DNA from: Rhodospirillales bacterium
GTDB lineage: Bacteria; Pseudomonadota; Alphaproteobacteria; Kiloniellales; JACOMY01
Assembly (NCBI GenBank): GCA_965227565.1
Contig: OZ245764.1
Location: 5,623,834 to 5,687,833 of the forward strand
Direction of reading: 5' to 3'
Length of the DNA stretch: 64,000 nucleotides
Shown: positions 45,596 through 56,271 of the stretch, piece by piece
Numbering within the stretch: position 1 is the first letter of the stretch
Layout of the letters: each line of letters begins with the position of its first letter
The notes under the pieces: generated by a model
What the model was told of the DNA's origin: nothing
The model's input: only the letters and a program-made list of their open reading frames with translations
Databases searched by the model: none
Made by a program: the position numbers and the translations under genes

Positions 45596-46867
45596 CTAGG
45601 GGGTGGGCGGTGCGGGCAGGATGGTTCCCTCGCAGTCGCCGAAGCCGATGCGGTAGCCCTCACCCTGGGCCCAGCCGGTCAAGGTGACCTTGTCGCCGTC
45701 CTCGAGGAAGCGGCGGGTGGTTCCGCCGGCGAGGCTCAGCGGTTCCTTCCCGCCCCAGGTGAGCTCAAGCAGCGAGCCGAAGCCCTCCTTGTCGGGGCCC
45801 GAGATGGTGCCGGAGCCCAGCAGGTCGCCGCAGTCCATCCTGCAGCCGCCGATGGCGTGGTGGGCAAGCTGCTGGGCCGCGCCGTAGTAGAGATGGCGGG
45901 TGTTGCTGCGGGAGATCCGGGTGGGCGCGGGCGCGCCCTCGGGCTCGATCCAGACCTCCAGCTCGACGTCGTAGAGCAGCGGGCCGGGTTCCTTCAGGTA
46001 GGGCAGAAGCGGCGTCTCGCGCGGCGGAGTGGGCAGGCGGAAGGGCTCGAGGGCCGCCTTGGTCACAACCCAGGGGCTGATCGTGGTGGCGAAGGCCTTG
46101 GACTGGAAGGGCCCCAGCGGCTGGTACTCCCAGGCCTGGATGTCGCGCGCCGACCAGTCGTTCAGCAGCACGTAGCCGAAGATCATCTCGTCGGCCTCGG
46201 CGACGCTCACCGGCCGGCCCATGGCATTGCCGTAGCCGACCACCGCACCGAACTCCAGCTCGATATCGAGCCGCTTGGAGGGGCCGAAGAGCGGCGCCTC
46301 GGCATCGGGCGGCCTGGTCTGGCCGAGCGGCCGGTGGATCTGGGTGCCGCTCACCACCACGGTCGACGCACGGCCGTTGTAGCCGATGGGAATGTGCAGC
46401 CAGTTGGGCGGTAGCGCATTCTCCGGCCCGCGGAAGAGGCTGCCGACGTTGAAGGCGTGCTGGCGCCCGGCATAGAAGTCGGTGTAGCCGCTGACCCGGA
46501 AGGGGAGCTGCAGGCTGGCCTCGGCCCGCGGCACCAGCGCTGTCCGGCAGAGCTCCGCGTCCTTGCGGAGCGCCGGGTCGCCGGCTTCCGACAGCAGCGC
46601 CGTCAGGCGCTCGCGCAGGCTCTGCCAGGCCCTAGGGCCCGCCTGCATGAAGGGGTTGAGGGCCGGTCCGGAGAGCAGGGGTTCCCCATCGGCTGCCCGC
46701 CAGAGCCCTGCGGCCTCGAGCGCCGCGAGGTCCAGGACCGCGTCACCGATCGCCGTCCCGCAGCGGGCCGGCCGGCCCGGCGTGCTGAAGACGCCCAGGG
46801 GGAGGTTTTGCAGCGGAAAGGGCGAAGCGGCCGCATTGGCGCTCTCCACCCAGCTCGCTTCCGGCAT
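45596..46867 (-). CDS. fahA: Fumarylacetoacetase
   Basis: About 423 aa. The N-terminal FPLQNLPLGVFS and the long FAH core are typical of eukaryote-type FahA. Confidence 0.85.
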   Translation of the reverse strand: MPEASWVESANAAASPFPLQNLPLGVFSTPGRPARCGTAIGDAVLDLAALEAAGLWRAADGEPLLSGPALNPFMQAGPRAWQSLRERLTALLSEAGDPALRKDAELCRTALVPRAEASLQLPFRVSGYTDFYAGRQHAFNVGSLFRGPENALPPNWLHIPIGYNGRASTVVVSGTQIHRPLGQTRPPDAEAPLFGPSKRLDIELEFGAVVGYGNAMGRPVSVAEADEMIFGYVLLNDWSARDIQAWEYQPLGPFQSKAFATTISPWVVTKAALEPFRLPTPPRETPLLPYLKEPGPLLYDVELEVWIEPEGAPAPTRISRSNTRHLYYGAAQQLAHHAIGGCRMDCGDLLGSGTISGPDKEGFGSLLELTWGGKEPLSLAGGTTRRFLEDGDKVTLTGWAQGEGYRIGFGDCEGTILPAPPTP

Positions 46868-46907
46868 GCTCGCACTCCCGCTCGCTCCAGCCCACTCCAT
46901 CGGATGG

Positions 46908-47033
46908 TAGTTTCATTTGAAACTATGTCAAGCGAGATTCCACGAGTGACGAAGGAGTGGGCGGAGGAAGGCAGAATCTCCTCCATTGTGCTGACCTGTC
47001 CGTTTGTGCTAATAAATTAATTTCAGATGAAAT
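46908..47033. promoter_or_regulatory. Two MarR-type operator palindromes in the divergent fahA/marR promoter region
   Basis: TAGTTTCA-TT-TGAAACTA (46908-46925) and ATTTCA-GA-TGAAAT (47020-47033) share the TTTCA-NN-TGAAA core. The intergenic region is AT-rich. Confidence 0.4.
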
Positions 47034-47065
47034 GAAAATTGACCAGGAGGGAGGAGAAGCAAGGG

Positions 47066-47593
47066 ATGGCAGAGGATCTCCCTCTCGAGGAGGCGCGCGC
47101 GGCAGAGTCCCTTCGGGCCGAGGAGGCTTTCGACCTGCGGTCCTTCTTTCCCTACCTGGTACGGGTCTACTACCAGGCGGTCAGCAGTTCGGTCACGCGG
47201 ATCTACGGTCCCCTGCACGGCCTCAGCGTCTCGGAGTGGCGCACCATGGCGGTGCTGGGCACCAAGCGCTCGCTGTCGGCGAGCGAGATCGTGGAGCGGT
47301 CCAGCATGGACCGGGTGGCGGTCAGCCGTGCGATCAAAGGCCTGCGCGCGGCCGGGCTGCTGAAGCGAGACATCGACGGCGACGACCGCAGGCGCGCCGT
47401 GCTGCGGTTGACGGCGAAGGGCGTTGCGGTCTTCGAGGACCTCATTCCCAGGGTCAAGGAGCTGGAGCGGCGCCTGCTCGACGGCTTCTCGGAGGAGGAG
47501 CGGACGGCCCTGGAGTCGATGATGCGGCGCGTCCGCGAAAACGCCGGTCGCATCCAGCAAGATGCAAAGAGCCCCGCCTCAAGACCGCGGTGA
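47066..47593 (+). CDS. MarR family transcriptional regulator
   Basis: wHTH segment LSVSEWRTMAVLGTKRSLSASEIVERSSMDRVAVSRAIKGLRAAGLLKRDIDGDDRR. ATG at 47066; the track TTG is at 47039. Confidence 0.8.
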   Translation: MAEDLPLEEARAAESLRAEEAFDLRSFFPYLVRVYYQAVSSSVTRIYGPLHGLSVSEWRTMAVLGTKRSLSASEIVERSSMDRVAVSRAIKGLRAAGLLKRDIDGDDRRRAVLRLTAKGVAVFEDLIPRVKELERRLLDGFSEEERTALESMMRRVRENAGRIQQDAKSPASRPR

Positions 47594-47649
47594 GGCAGCG
47601 AACGCTTGCTCTTTCGCGGCGGAGCCCAGGTTGCAGGAAAGGTCTACGC

Positions 47650-47693
47650 AAAAACAGGGAAGGCCGCGCTGCCGTCGGGCAGGGCGGCCTTCC
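47650..47693 (-). terminator. Intrinsic terminator of the EF-hand gene
   Basis: GGAAGGCCGC(47658-47667)/GCGGCCTTCC(47684-47693) with an inner CTGCC/GGCAG. The minus strand continues TGTTTTTG. Confidence 0.55.
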
Positions 47694-47785
47694 GCTAGGC
47701 AAATTCGCAGCACCGTCTCGGCGGTGCTCCCCGTCCCAGCAGGCCCGAAGGTCGGGATGCCGCGGCGGGGCCGATCGGACTCTGC

Positions 47786-48109
47786 TTAGTTGCTCTGCTG
47801 GGTGTAGTTGCCCGGCTGCAGCCTGTTGATCTCTTCGACCGACAGCTCGCCGTCCTGGTCCTCATCGAGGCCGGTGTGCCAGTTCAGGACCGCATCCATC
47901 CACTCCTGGCGGGAAATGCGTCCGTCCTTGTTGGTGTCGGCATCGCCGGGGCAGAGCACCATCGGGTTGGCCGTGTCCGCGGCAGTCGCGCCTGGGTTCT
48001 GCTGCGTCCGCTTGATGAGCTGAACGGCGTCGCTGCACTCCTGTGCTGCCGCAGGCATCGCGAACAGAAGCCCACAGGCAGCGGCACCGAGGATCAAAGC
48101 TTTGCGCAT
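47786..48109 (-). CDS. Secreted EF-hand calcium-binding protein (107 aa), paralogue of 13140-13451
   Basis: Start at MRKALILGAAACGLLFAMPAAA. EF loops DTNKDGRISRQE and DEDQDGELSVEE. Confidence 0.75.
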   Translation of the reverse strand: MRKALILGAAACGLLFAMPAAAQECSDAVQLIKRTQQNPGATAADTANPMVLCPGDADTNKDGRISRQEWMDAVLNWHTGLDEDQDGELSVEEINRLQPGNYTQQSN

Positions 48110-48365
48110 CGTTACTTCTCCATCTCCGTCGTAAACCACCCTTTGGCACCGCAAAAGGCCGCGGGGCCGCTTGAAGGGCCGGGGGCCCAAGGCGAACATT
48201 GCTCCTGACAGGGCATGTTCCACGGCCCGGACTCTGACGGACTGACCCCTAATACGCAACAACTTAATGGAATTTTCGCTTTTGCTCCGCCCGGATTTTC
48301 GCCTCCGATTGACCCTCGACAGCCTCGCTGCGGCGGGTGGCCGACAAACTCTCTCCATCTTTTGA

Positions 48366-49535
48366 ATGCAAGGGTGTTGTGCAGCGCGCCATTTGCTGTC
48401 GATGTATCAGGCGACACCTCACCGAAGGATGATGATGAGAGCGCAGAGGAAGGACTGGCGAAGGCTGGCCGCGGGGGCTGCTGCCGCGGGGCTGGCTGGC
48501 TGTCTTCTGCTGGGCAGCGCGTCCGCGCAGCAGCAGCCGGTCGAGGTGATCGTCGAGCAGGCCAGGATCGACCGCTTCGAGGACCAGGTGGAGGCGCTGG
48601 GCACGCTCTGGGCCAACGAGAGCGTCGACCTGACCGCCAAGGTCACCGAGCGCATCGTGGCGCTGCATTTCGAGAGCGGCCAGCGCGTGGAAGCAGGCGA
48701 CGTCCTGGCGGAGATGACCTCGGACGAGCAGAGCGCGCTTCTGGAAGAAGCACGCTCTACCATGGCCGAGGCCAAGGACCAGTTCGAGCGGGTGAAACCG
48801 CTGGCCGACCGCGGCTATGCCACCGGCTCGCAGCTCGACGAGCGGCGCCGGGAGTACGAGACCGCGCTGGCCCGCTACCGTGCCGTCCAGTCGCGCCTCG
48901 ACGACCGCCTCGTGATCGCGCCCTTCTCTGGCGTGGTCGGCCTGCGCAACATCTCGCTCGGTGCCCTGGTCGAACCGGGCAGGGTCATCACCACACTCAA
49001 CGACATCAGCCAGGTCAAGCTGGACTTCGCCGTGCCGGAGACCTTTTTGACCAGCGTTCGGGCCGGGCTGCCGATCAGGGCCACATCACCGGCATTCAGG
49101 GACGAGGTCTTCGAGGGGACCGTGACCTCGGTCGACAACGCCATCGATCCGGTGACGCGCTCGATCCTGGTGCGCGCGATGATCCCCAACCCCGACGGCC
49201 TGCTGAAGCCCGGCCTGCTGATGAGCGTGGTCCTGATCCGCGACCCGCGCCAGGCGCTGGTGGTCTCCGAGGAGGCCCTGGTCCGCCGCGCCGCGCAGAG
49301 CTACGTCTTCGTCGTGACCGCGGCCGAGGACGGCGGCGAGATGGTGGAGCAGCGGCCGGTCGTGGTCGGCGGGCGGCGGCCGGGCGAGGTGGAGATCCTG
49401 AGCGGTCTCAGCGAGGGCGAGTTCGTCATCACCCATGGCACCAACAAGGTGCGGCCGGGCCAACGCGTGACCATCGCGGCCGAGAAGCAGCCGGGACAGG
49501 ACGTCAGCGGCATCCTCCGGCAAAAGGGCTCCTAG
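48366..49535 (+). CDS. RND efflux periplasmic adaptor (membrane fusion protein)
   Basis: HlyD/AcrA-like core. LAGC lipobox. Start uncertain (48366, or the ATG cluster at 48429-48435). Confidence 0.8.
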   Translation: MQGCCAARHLLSMYQATPHRRMMMRAQRKDWRRLAAGAAAAGLAGCLLLGSASAQQQPVEVIVEQARIDRFEDQVEALGTLWANESVDLTAKVTERIVALHFESGQRVEAGDVLAEMTSDEQSALLEEARSTMAEAKDQFERVKPLADRGYATGSQLDERRREYETALARYRAVQSRLDDRLVIAPFSGVVGLRNISLGALVEPGRVITTLNDISQVKLDFAVPETFLTSVRAGLPIRATSPAFRDEVFEGTVTSVDNAIDPVTRSILVRAMIPNPDGLLKPGLLMSVVLIRDPRQALVVSEEALVRRAAQSYVFVVTAAEDGGEMVEQRPVVVGGRRPGEVEILSGLSEGEFVITHGTNKVRPGQRVTIAAEKQPGQDVSGILRQKGS

Positions 49536-49554
49536 GGCGGAGCGGCGGCGCGGC

Positions 49555-52500
49555 ATGTGGCTCTCCGACACCTCCGTCACCCGTCCGGTCTTCGCGGCCG
49601 TCCTGGCGCTGCTGCTGATCGCCTTCGGGCTGGTCGCCTACGATCGCCTGCCGCTGCGCGAGTACCCGGATATCGACCCGCCGGTCGTCTCGGTCGAGGT
49701 GCGCTACCCCGGCGCCTCGGCCAGCGTCGTGGAGAGCCGCATCACCGAGCTGGTGGAGAGCCGGATCGCCGGCATCGAGGGGATCAAGTCGATCTCCTCC
49801 TCCTCCTCCGACGGGCGCTCCGACGTGGTGATCGAGTTCACCGTGAACCGCGATATCGACGCGGCCGCCAACGACGTGCGCGACCGCGTGTCGGGGATCC
49901 TCGACAACCTGCCCCCGGAGGCCGATCCGCCGGAGATCCAGAAGGTCGATTCCAACCAAGACGTTATCATGTGGTTGAACCTGACCAGCGATCGGCTGAG
50001 CGTGCCGGAACTCACGGACTATGCCGAGCGCTACCTGCTGGACCGCTTCTCGATCATCGACGGCGTGGCGCGGGCGCGGGTCGGCGGCCGCCAGGCCTAT
50101 GCGATGCGGATCTGGCTCGATCGCCAGGCGCTCGCCGCCCGCGGGCTGACGGCGCTGGACGTGGAAGAGGCGCTGCGCGCGGAGAACGTCGAGCTGCCCG
50201 CCGGATCCATCGAGTCGCGTGCCACCCAGTTCGGGGTGCGGATCGAGCGCTCTTTCCGGACCGCGGAGGATTTCGCCGACCTTGTGCTGGCGCGCAGCAC
50301 GGACGGCTATCTGGTGCGGCTGCGCGATGTCGGGACGGTGGAACTGGGCACGGTCGAGGACCGCACCTTCTTTCGCGGCAACCAGGTTCCCATGGTCGGC
50401 ATCGGCATCGTCAAGCAGTCCACCGCCAACACGGTGGAGGTCGCCCGTCTTGCCAAGCAAGAGGCCGCCAGGCTGAACAAGACCCTGCCGGCCGGGATGT
50501 CGATCGAGCAGAGCTACGACACCTCCGTCTTCATCGAAGGCGCCATCAACGAGGTCTACAAGACCCTCTTCATCGCCATTGCCTTGGTCGTCCTGGTGAT
50601 CTTCCTTTTCCTCGGCAGCTTCCGCGCGATGCTGGTACCCGCAGTGACCGTGCCGGTTTCGTTGATCGCCACCTTCATCGTGCTTCTGGTCTTAGGTTTC
50701 TCCATTAACCTTCTGACATTGCTGGCGATGGTCCTGGCGATCGGGTTGGTGGTCGACGATGCCATCGTGGTCTTGGAGAACATTCACCGGCGGATCATCC
50801 AGTTCGGCGAGACGCCGCTGGTGGCCGCCTTCGAGGGGACGCGGGAGGTGGGCTTCGCCGTCATCGCGACCACCCTGGTCCTGATCGCCGTCTTCGTGCC
50901 CATTGCCTTCCTGCAGGGCAATGTCGGCCGCCTCTTCTCGGAGTTCGCGCTGACCGTGGCGGCGGCGGTGGCCTTCTCCAGCCTGGTGGCACTCAGCCTC
51001 TCGGCCATGCTGGCCTCGCAGCTTTTGAGCAGCTCGGAGGGCGAGGGGCCGCTTGCGAAGGTCGTGGATGCCGTCTTCCGCATGAACCGGCGCCTCTACG
51101 GCTGGAGCCTGGAGTGGGTTCTGCGGCTGCGCTGGCTGGTCTGCGCCGCCTTCGTGGTGCTGCTGGCCGCGACCGCCTGGCTCTACCTGCAGATTTCGGC
51201 CGAGTACGCGCCCAAGGAAGACCGCGGCGCCTTTTTCGTTCTGGTGAACGGGCCCGAGGGCGCGACCTTCGAATACATGGAAGACTACATGAACGAGATC
51301 GAGCGGCGGCTGATGGACTTCGTCGAGGCGGGCGAGGTGACCCGCCTGCTGGTCCGTGCCCCGCGCGCCTTCGGCACGATCGAGACCTTCAACCACGGCA
51401 TCGTCATCGTCGTCATGGCCGACTGGGCGGAGCGGCGCAGCGGCTGGGACATCATGAGCGACATGCGCGCACGCCTCTCCGACCTGCCCGGCGTCTCGGC
51501 CTTTCCGGTCATGCGCCAGGGCTTCGGCCAGCGGGTGCAGAAGCCGATCCAGTTCGTGATCGGCGGCGGTTCGTGGGAGCAGCTTGTCGAGTGGCGGGAC
51601 ATCCTGCTGGCCCGCCTGGACGAGGACAACCCGGGCCTGGTCGGCATCGACTACGACTACAAGGAGACCAAGCCGCAGCTCAAGGTCGATATCGACTACG
51701 ACCGCGCGGCGGAACTGGGGGTCACCGTCACCACCATCGGGCGCACGCTCGAAACCATGCTGGGATCGCGCCAGGCGACGACCTTCATCGACGCCGGTGA
51801 GGAGTACGACGTGATCCTGGAGGGCGAGCGCTCGCGGCAGAGCACGCCCAACGACCTGACCAACATCTACGTCCGCTCCGAGCGCTCGGACTCCCTCATT
51901 CCGCTCTCCAACCTGGTCCAGGTGACGGAGGGCGCGGCCTCCAACTCGCTCGACCGCTACAACCGCGTGCGCGCGATCACCATCGAGGCCAACCTGGAGG
52001 ACGGCCTGGCGCTGGGCGACGCCCTCGCGCACCTGGAGAACCTGGCCAGGACCCACCTGCCCGAAGAGGTCATCATCGACTACAAGGGCCAGTCGCTGGA
52101 GCTGCGGGATTCCAGCGAATCGCTGCTCTTCGTCTTCGTCCTGGGCGTGCTGGTGGTCTTCCTCGTGCTGGCCGCGCAGTTCGAGAGCTGGATCCACCCC
52201 TTCGTCATCATGCTGACCGTGCCGCTGGCGATCGGCGGCGGCCTCCTGGGGCTCTACGTGACCGGCGGCACCCTGAACCTCTACAGCCAGATCGGCCTGA
52301 TCATGCTGGTGGGGCTGGCGGCCAAGAACGGCATCCTGATCGTCGAGTTCGCCAACCAGCTGCGCGACGCCGGGCGCGGCTTCGACGAGGCGCTCTACGA
52401 GGCCTCGCTCACCCGCTTGCGCCCCATCGTCATGACCGGAATCACCACGGCCGCCGGTGCGGTGCCGCTGATCTTCTCCGGCGGGCCCGGTGCCGAGACC

Positions 52501-52671
52501 CGTTTCGTCATCGGCGTCGTCATCCTCGCCGGAGTGCTGGCGTCGACCGTGCTGACGCTCTATATCGTCCCCGTCGCCTACAGCCTCCTGGCGCGGCGGA
52601 CGGGGTCGCCCAACGCCGTTCGCCGGCGCCTGCAGTTCGAGCGTAGGCTGGAGGGCGAAGCGGCGGAGTAG
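49555..52671 (+). CDS. RND efflux permease (AcrB/HAE family)
   Basis: 1038 aa, 12-TM AcrB-like protein with conserved VVDDAIVVLENI. Confidence 0.92.
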   Translation: MWLSDTSVTRPVFAAVLALLLIAFGLVAYDRLPLREYPDIDPPVVSVEVRYPGASASVVESRITELVESRIAGIEGIKSISSSSSDGRSDVVIEFTVNRDIDAAANDVRDRVSGILDNLPPEADPPEIQKVDSNQDVIMWLNLTSDRLSVPELTDYAERYLLDRFSIIDGVARARVGGRQAYAMRIWLDRQALAARGLTALDVEEALRAENVELPAGSIESRATQFGVRIERSFRTAEDFADLVLARSTDGYLVRLRDVGTVELGTVEDRTFFRGNQVPMVGIGIVKQSTANTVEVARLAKQEAARLNKTLPAGMSIEQSYDTSVFIEGAINEVYKTLFIAIALVVLVIFLFLGSFRAMLVPAVTVPVSLIATFIVLLVLGFSINLLTLLAMVLAIGLVVDDAIVVLENIHRRIIQFGETPLVAAFEGTREVGFAVIATTLVLIAVFVPIAFLQGNVGRLFSEFALTVAAAVAFSSLVALSLSAMLASQLLSSSEGEGPLAKVVDAVFRMNRRLYGWSLEWVLRLRWLVCAAFVVLLAATAWLYLQISAEYAPKEDRGAFFVLVNGPEGATFEYMEDYMNEIERRLMDFVEAGEVTRLLVRAPRAFGTIETFNHGIVIVVMADWAERRSGWDIMSDMRARLSDLPGVSAFPVMRQGFGQRVQKPIQFVIGGGSWEQLVEWRDILLARLDEDNPGLVGIDYDYKETKPQLKVDIDYDRAAELGVTVTTIGRTLETMLGSRQATTFIDAGEEYDVILEGERSRQSTPNDLTNIYVRSERSDSLIPLSNLVQVTEGAASNSLDRYNRVRAITIEANLEDGLALGDALAHLENLARTHLPEEVIIDYKGQSLELRDSSESLLFVFVLGVLVVFLVLAAQFESWIHPFVIMLTVPLAIGGGLLGLYVTGGTLNLYSQIGLIMLVGLAAKNGILIVEFANQLRDAGRGFDEALYEASLTRLRPIVMTGITTAAGAVPLIFSGGPGAETRFVIGVVILAGVLASTVLTLYIVPVAYSLLARRTGSPNAVRRRLQFERRLEGEAAE

Positions 52672-52679
52672 GGATCGGC

Positions 52680-54074
52680 ATGACGGCAGAGGTTGCGGCG
52701 CGCATCGGCGAAATCTGGGGGGAGCTCGGCGCCCGGCCGGAGGCCCTGGAGCGCCTGCTGCTGAGCGGCGCCGAGCCGGTCCTTCCTTCCAGCTTCAAGA
52801 TGGGTGTGGCGGCGCAGGCGAGCCTCGCCGCCTCGGCGCTGGCCGCCTCCGAATTGCTGCTGCTGCGCAGCGGCCGGGCGGCCGCGGTCGCGGTCGACAT
52901 GCGCCACGCGGCGGCCGAGTTCCTGAGCGAGCGCTACCTCCGGGTCGACGGCGGCCCGGCGCCGGAGCTGTGGGACAAGACCTCGGGTGCCTACCGCTGC
53001 GGCGACGGCCGCTGGATCCGCCTGCACACCAACTTTCCCCATCACCGCGCCGGCATCCTGGCGCTGCTGGACTGTGCCTACGAGCGCGAGGCCGTAGCCG
53101 AGGCGCTGCAGGGCTGGGAGGCCGAGGCCTTCGAGACCGAGGCCTCGGGGCGCGGGCTCTGCCTGGCGATGATGCGCAGCTTCGAGGAGTGGGATGCCCA
53201 CCCCCAGTCGGCCGCCCTTAGCGCCCAGCCGCTGGTCCGGGTCGAGCGCATCGGCGATGCGGACCCGGCCCCGCTAGCCCCCGCCGGGCGGCCCCTGGCC
53301 GGGGTGAAGGTGCTCGACCTCACGCGGGTCATCGCCGGGCCGGTCGCCGGCCGCTGCCTCGCCGCCCACGGCGCCCAGGTGATGCGGGTGCAGGCAGAGC
53401 ACCTGCCCTCGTTCCCCCCGCTGGTCATGGATACCGGTCGGGGCAAGCTCTCCACCGCCCTCGACCTTGCAGACGAGGCCGGGCGGCAGGCGCTGAGGGA
53501 CCTCCTTGGCGAGGCGCAGGTCTTCGTCCAGGCCTACCGTCCCGGCACCATCGCGGCGCGGGGCTTCGGGCCGGAAGAGGTGGCGGCCCTGCGCCCGGGC
53601 ATCGTCTACGCCTCGCTCTCGGCCTACGGCACGACCGGCCCCTGGGCCGGACGGCGCGGCTTCGATTCCCTGGTGCAGACGGCGACGGGCTTCAACGACG
53701 CCGAGGGCAGGGCGGCCGGCAAGGAGGGTCCGCAGGCCCTGCCCTGCCAGGTGCTGGACCACGGCACGGGCTACCTCCTGGCGCTCGGCATCATGACGGC
53801 GCTGGCGCGCCAGGCTGAGGAGGGGGGCTCCTGGTCGGTTGCGGTCTCGCTGGCACGGACCGGCCACTGGCTGCGCAGCCTGGGGCGTCAGGATGCCCTG
53901 GGGACGGCAACCATGGAACGCGCGGAGATTGCCGACCTGCTGGAGGAGAGCGACACGCCCTTCGGCCGCTTCTCGGCGATCGCCCATGCCGGGCAGATCG
54001 AGGGCGCACCTCCTGCCTGGCAGCTGCCGGCGGTGCCGCTCGGCAGCCACCCGCCGCGATGGCGAAGCGGCTGA
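52680..54074 (+). CDS. Family III CoA-transferase (CaiB/BaiF-like) with atypical domain order
   Basis: The LAGVKVLDLTRVIAGPVAGRCLAAHGAQV motif appears only at about residue 205. The first 200 aa resemble the segment that normally lies C-terminal to it. Confidence 0.7.
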   Translation: MTAEVAARIGEIWGELGARPEALERLLLSGAEPVLPSSFKMGVAAQASLAASALAASELLLLRSGRAAAVAVDMRHAAAEFLSERYLRVDGGPAPELWDKTSGAYRCGDGRWIRLHTNFPHHRAGILALLDCAYEREAVAEALQGWEAEAFETEASGRGLCLAMMRSFEEWDAHPQSAALSAQPLVRVERIGDADPAPLAPAGRPLAGVKVLDLTRVIAGPVAGRCLAAHGAQVMRVQAEHLPSFPPLVMDTGRGKLSTALDLADEAGRQALRDLLGEAQVFVQAYRPGTIAARGFGPEEVAALRPGIVYASLSAYGTTGPWAGRRGFDSLVQTATGFNDAEGRAAGKEGPQALPCQVLDHGTGYLLALGIMTALARQAEEGGSWSVAVSLARTGHWLRSLGRQDALGTATMERAEIADLLEESDTPFGRFSAIAHAGQIEGAPPAWQLPAVPLGSHPPRWRSG

Positions 54075-54197
54075 CCGACACTGCCGCAAACCCGCATTCA
54101 GACAAATGGCGAGCGTGCAGGAGCGAGGGCGTCGGGCTTATTGAACGGCCGCCCGCTCTGGTGCACTCTCCGCCCCCTCAAGAGAGAGACGAGACCC

Positions 54198-55405
<1,208 letters not shown>

Positions 55406-55409
<4 letters not shown>

Positions 55410-56230
55410 GCGGGACCTCGCGCATGGAGCGCCGCTTTCAGGCGCTGAAGGAGGAGGGCCGCGGCGGCCTCGTCACCTTCGTCACGGCCGGCGATCCCGA
55501 CCCCGCGACCTCGCTCGCCCTGGTCAAGGGGCTGCCGGGGGCCGGTGCGGACGTGATCGAGCTGGGCATGCCCTTCTCCGACCCCATGGCGGACGGGCCG
55601 GCGATCCAGGCCTCCTCGCTGAGGGCGCTCAAGGCCGGCATGACGCTGTCCGGCACGCTCGACCTGGCCGAGGCCTTCCGCAAGGATGACCAGGAGACGC
55701 CCCTGGTCCTGATGGGCTACTACAACCCCATCTACCACATGGGCGTGGAGAAGTTCCTCGCGCGGGCGGCCGAGATCGGGATCGACGGCCTCATCATCGT
55801 CGACCTGCCGCCGGAGGAGGACGAGGAGCTCTGCCAGCCGGCGATCGACGCCGGCCTGCACTGGATCAGGCTGGCGACGCCGACGAGCGACGACGCCCGC
55901 CTGCCGGTCGTGCTGAACCGAACCTCGGGCTTCATCTACTATGTCTCGATCATGGGCATCACCGGCACCAAGTCGGCCACCCGCGAGGCGGTGAGCGAGG
56001 CCGTGAGCCGCCTGAAACGCCACAGCGACCTGCCGGTCGCCGTGGGCTTCGGCATCAAGACCGCGGCGAACGTCGCCGACACCGTGGCCGTCGCCGACGC
56101 TGCGGTCGTGGGCTCCGCCCTGGTCGAGTGCATGCGCGCAAACCTGGACGCCGAGGGCAGGGCCAAGGAGAGCCTGGTCCCCGAGGCGCTGGATTTCGTA
56201 CGCTCTCTGGCGAAGGGCACCAGGGGCTAG
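55406..56230 (+). CDS. trpA: Tryptophan synthase alpha chain
   Basis: Contains [21 protein letters not shown] start overlaps the trpB stop (GTGA). Confidence 0.92.
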
Positions 56231-56271
56231 GCCGTCACATGTGAGGGCTGCGGCCCGTCAGGAGTAGGCCG

